NCBI RefSeq assembly: GCF_963676685.1
Contig: NC_092346.1
Coordinates: 51,336,001-51,400,000, forward strand
Reading direction: 5' to 3'
Length of the DNA stretch: 64,000 nt
Source: Mytilus edulis
Lineage: Eukaryota
In this document: one piece after another, positions 61,201 to 64,000 of the stretch
Layout: every line of letters begins with the position of its first letter
How positions within the stretch are numbered: position 1 is the stretch's first letter
Notes under the pieces: model-generated
Database searches by the model: none
What the model was told of the DNA's origin: nothing
The model's input: the letters and a program-made list of their open reading frames with translations, nothing else
Made by a program: the position numbers and the translations under genes

Positions 61201-63917
61201 TTAGAGTGTCTTTAGGCCAACCACCCCATTATATATTGTATCTTAAATAACCTTGAGTAAATACAACATATTGAACTGAATCCTGTCGAGTGACTGTGTA
61301 CTTTACTGATTGACAAATTATTTCATAAACAATTTTAAAAAAAACGTACCTGAGAACACAAGATATTTAACCCAAGTACTCCAGCAGGTAATCCTAAGAC
61401 CATAAAGAATGATCCTATAGCCCCACCAAACTCTCTGGACCTTGTCATCCCAATTCGTACTTTCTCGGGTTCTTCCATCATCTGAAATTCAACAGGCTGT
61501 TTCTCTTTTTCTGGAAGTGTCTGTGGAAAGATGAGATCATTGAATGCCAATTATATTACAACTTTTTAGCTGTAAATATCAATACATAATTACTAATCCA
61601 TTCTCAAGCATTGTAAAAATAATTGGTATCTAATGAAATGATGTGTTTATTACTTTTTCAATTTAAGCTGTTTAACAGATATTTACTATTTATTTTGGAG
61701 TGTTGAGGCAATCATGCATCAACGACTCCAATGGATTAAATTTGTTTGTATGCATCTGTTTAACATGTATAAACTTGTACTAAAAGCCTGACTCAATTTT
61801 ATTCATTTTTATTGTCTGGGTTACATTTGTACATGAAGTTTTCAAGCTACATGTACATCGAACATATTTCAATTCTTTTTTATATTAGAGTTATACTGTA
61901 CATGAAGCTGCAATTATTAAACTTGAAGATAAACAATGAAATTGAAATCTGTAAACAATATCATAAGTATGAAAGCATTTTAGCTTTCAATTACTTGTCA
62001 AAATTATAAAATGAAACTAAAAACTACCTTATTTACAAGTCTAGTAGACCTCCTAGTAGGAGTTACTGCTCTATCTTCCCTTTTCACTTTCCCAGCAGCT
62101 GGTGTTGCTGGTCTCTTTGTAGACTTTGGTGGAGAAGTTTTTGCTGGAGTAGATTTTGCTGGGGAAATTGATCTTTTAGAACGTACAGATCTTCCACGGC
62201 TACGACTTCTACTGCGACTTCTTGACCTTGTACTTCTAGAGGAACTTGTAGATCTCCTCCTAGAAGGTGATTTTGATGATCTAGTCTGGAATGACACAAT
62301 CAAGTTCACTTGTATATTACTTTTACAAATACAACATGTTTAAATTATAAATTTGTATACAACATTCATATTACAGGAAATTAAATTTAAATTGTTTGAT
62401 GTTTATGAAAATAAGAAAGTATTGTATATTGGAAAAAATTGCATTGTTTTACAATTTATCATTGTGGAGGCTAAATAGGCTTATCGCTTGCAATAGGGTA
62501 TGGTTTTTGCTCATTGGTGTAGGCTATCCAGCCACATTTAGTAATGAGCTTCCAAGTCTGGGAGAACATGTTTTGTATTTTTTTTATCATTGTTGTACCT
62601 GTAGTATATAATAGGCCGACTAAGGCCCTGGCATTGGTTCATTAAGTGTTCACACATAGTCTGAATGTTAAAAAGATAGAGGAACACAACCTTTTATATC
62701 TAGCATGTAGAGATCCCTGCACAGATCATTTACTTCATTCCTCAATTTTCTAAGGTACTAGAGGAATAATTGTATATAAATTATAAAAATTGTCAGGGTC
62801 GACCCATGAAGATTGAAACAGGAAATTAAAAATTTATTTAATAAAACCTACACTGGACACCAGACTCAGCATGAAAGATTATTAAACAGCAGCATGCTAA
62901 ACAATATGAAGGTTATGAAACAAGATAATAATTGTCAATTATTTAGAAACAGACTATAAAATAATAGAATTACATTTTTTTAGATAATCATCATTTGAGG
63001 ATTATGGATCCATACATTTCTTTATAAATTTAAAATAACAATACAATTTAATTTACCTGTCAACCTTTGATGGACTTTACCTATGGTTTGATTTATGTAC
63101 ACCTCTGAACTCAAGGCATATCATGTGACCAAAGTTCAGTTATTTAATAAACTCGACTATGTGACCCAACAAAAGTTTAAAATTTTTTTCGAATATGATA
63201 AGTGTACATATTTTACCTACTAAAATGATGTATTTATCTATATATATAACATTTAAAGATATAACAAGTAATATTACCAAATTTTTTTAAATTTCAACAT
63301 TTTCACATAAGGTATAGAAAAAACAAAGTATTTATTAAAAGGTTGAAAATGGAACCCAATGTTTAACAATTAACTAGGGAGTCAAGAGTAGGAAAAGCCA
63401 TTTATCTAATCTAGGCCAAGGATATTTTTTTTGCATAAATAAAAGGTATATATTTATTCACTAATGCAAAAATGATTGTGGATTTAATCATATTATAAAT
63501 TACAATTTATTGCTTGACCAGTTAATAGATAATTATCATACCAGACTTTATAAATAAGTCATTATTTTAGAACATGAAGACGTTGAAAATCATGTTTTTA
63601 CAAACTAATATCAAATATAGGAAAATAATTTAAATTAAATTTAAAAAAAAATGACTTTTCATCAATTTACATAATTTTAGTAGGTATGAATTTAATAACA
63701 TCAGTAATAGCTTACCAATACTCTTAGTCTATACCAAGGATTTGTAGTGTCACTATACAAATCCTTCTCTACCATGTGTTTTAAAGTAAAATTTGCCTTC
63801 TAAGTACATGTATACAAAAATATTCCACCATTGTTTTATTTGAAGTATCATAGAACTTTCAGGGGGAAAGACAAGGGAATTAGTGAAGCCTTTGCTTACC
63901 TTTCTTGGTGATGCCAT
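49107..63917 (-). CDS. LBR: Lamin B receptor / delta(14)-sterol reductase (ERG4/ERG24 family), 10 coding exons, 528 aa
   Basis: join(complement): 63900-63917, 62028-62285, 61350-61520, 56257-56440, 53384-53578, 52717-52943, 52015-52183, 50702-50782, 49832-49954, 49107-49267. All introns are GT-AG, phases are consistent, total 1587 nt. RS domain, [57 protein letters not shown]…VPYRIFP. Confidence 0.95.
49832..49954 (-). CDS. LBR: LBR coding exon 9
   Basis: LETIPT…[14 protein letters not shown]…SLPCG. Confidence 0.95.
50702..50782 (-). CDS. LBR: LBR coding exon 8 (not in the ORF track)
   Basis: [20 protein letters not shown] read manually; tgtag acceptor and gtaagt donor. Confidence 0.93.
51765..51931. 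repeat. ~165-bp imperfect palindrome ending an interspersed element in an LBR intron
   Basis: gattccaccac…atatttatccactc…taaaatgc…gcattttaa…gagtggataaatat…gtggttgaatc. Confidence 0.75.
52015..52183 (-). CDS. LBR: LBR coding exon 7
   Basis: [28 protein letters not shown]. Confidence 0.95.
52717..52943 (-). CDS. LBR: LBR coding exon 6
   Basis: [12 protein letters not shown]…LRPGLIGW…DALWFE. Confidence 0.95.
53384..53578 (-). CDS. LBR: LBR coding exon 5
   Basis: …LSLLLYIKA…LAPGGNTG; canonical splice sites. Confidence 0.93.
53830..56030 (+). mobile_element. 5'-truncated, decayed L1/Tx1-clade LINE (RT, zf-RVT region) antisense in an LBR intron
   Basis: [58 protein letters not shown] motifs. 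Stops or frameshifts at ~53915, ~54205, 55290 and 55629. Confidence 0.92.
56257..56440 (-). CDS. LBR: LBR coding exon 4
   Basis: [22 protein letters not shown]…YRCNG; canonical splice sites. Confidence 0.93.
57223..58348 (-). mobile_element. Internally deleted hAT-type DNA transposon
   Basis: Perfect 16-bp TIR cagtgttctccccagg / cctggggagaacactg. Minus-strand remnant [19 protein letters not shown] (57523-57579) matches the hAT dimerisation motif. Flanking ccgaa duplication. Confidence 0.88.
59950..61022. mobile_element. Non-autonomous CAGGG…CCCTG (hAT-like) element
   Basis: cagggttcattgaa / ttcaatggaaagccctg termini; taaata duplicated at 59944-59949 and 61023-61028; it interrupts a HINE fragment. 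Confidence 0.75.
61350..61520 (-). CDS. LBR: LBR coding exon 3 (EFGG, first TM segment)
   Basis: ttccacag acceptor; CAG|gtacgt donor. Confidence 0.92.
62028..62285 (-). CDS. LBR: LBR coding exon 2 (RS domain)
   Basis: cattccag acceptor; [11 protein letters not shown]; AAG|gt donor. Confidence 0.92.
63900..63917 (-). CDS. LBR: LBR coding exon 1 (MASPRK)
   Basis: aagATGg context, in-frame TAG two codons upstream, AAG|gtaagc donor. Confidence 0.75.
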
Positions 63918-64000
63918 CTTCTAATCTTTCAGTTTTTCAGCTGTTAATTGAAAGAGTTATTTTTGTATCCAGTAATAGATATACATTTAGAGTATAGACT

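Noticed and set aside
62011-62343. 110-aa Leu-rich plus-strand ORF
   Set aside because: Antisense of the LBR RS exon.

Overview
AT-rich animal genomic DNA, not prokaryotic. It has GT-AG introns, LINEs, SINEs and MITEs, and the repeat families look like those of a bivalve mollusc (probably Mytilus; this is inference). The left half (about 1-30.3 kb) is a tandem, co-oriented (+) cluster of five paralogous C2H2 zinc-finger genes with 9-11 fingers each, plus a relic of a sixth. The paralogues share an acidic N-terminal module I cannot assign to a known domain, and their DNA-contact residues diverge. The cluster is interrupted by a nest of transposons, including a full-length but inactivated RTE-clade LINE with a 9-bp TSD, and by a 44-bp satellite. 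The middle (about 30-49 kb) is almost all repeats: a degenerate ~31-bp satellite, Helentron-type non-autonomous elements, nested TTAA MITEs and a LINE 3' fragment. The right end (49.1-63.9 kb, minus strand) holds the complete coding sequence of a lamin B receptor / sterol delta14-reductase gene (10 coding exons, 528 aa). It has an RS domain but no Tudor domain, a tandemly duplicated last splice acceptor, and intronic L1/Tx1 and hAT-derived insertions.
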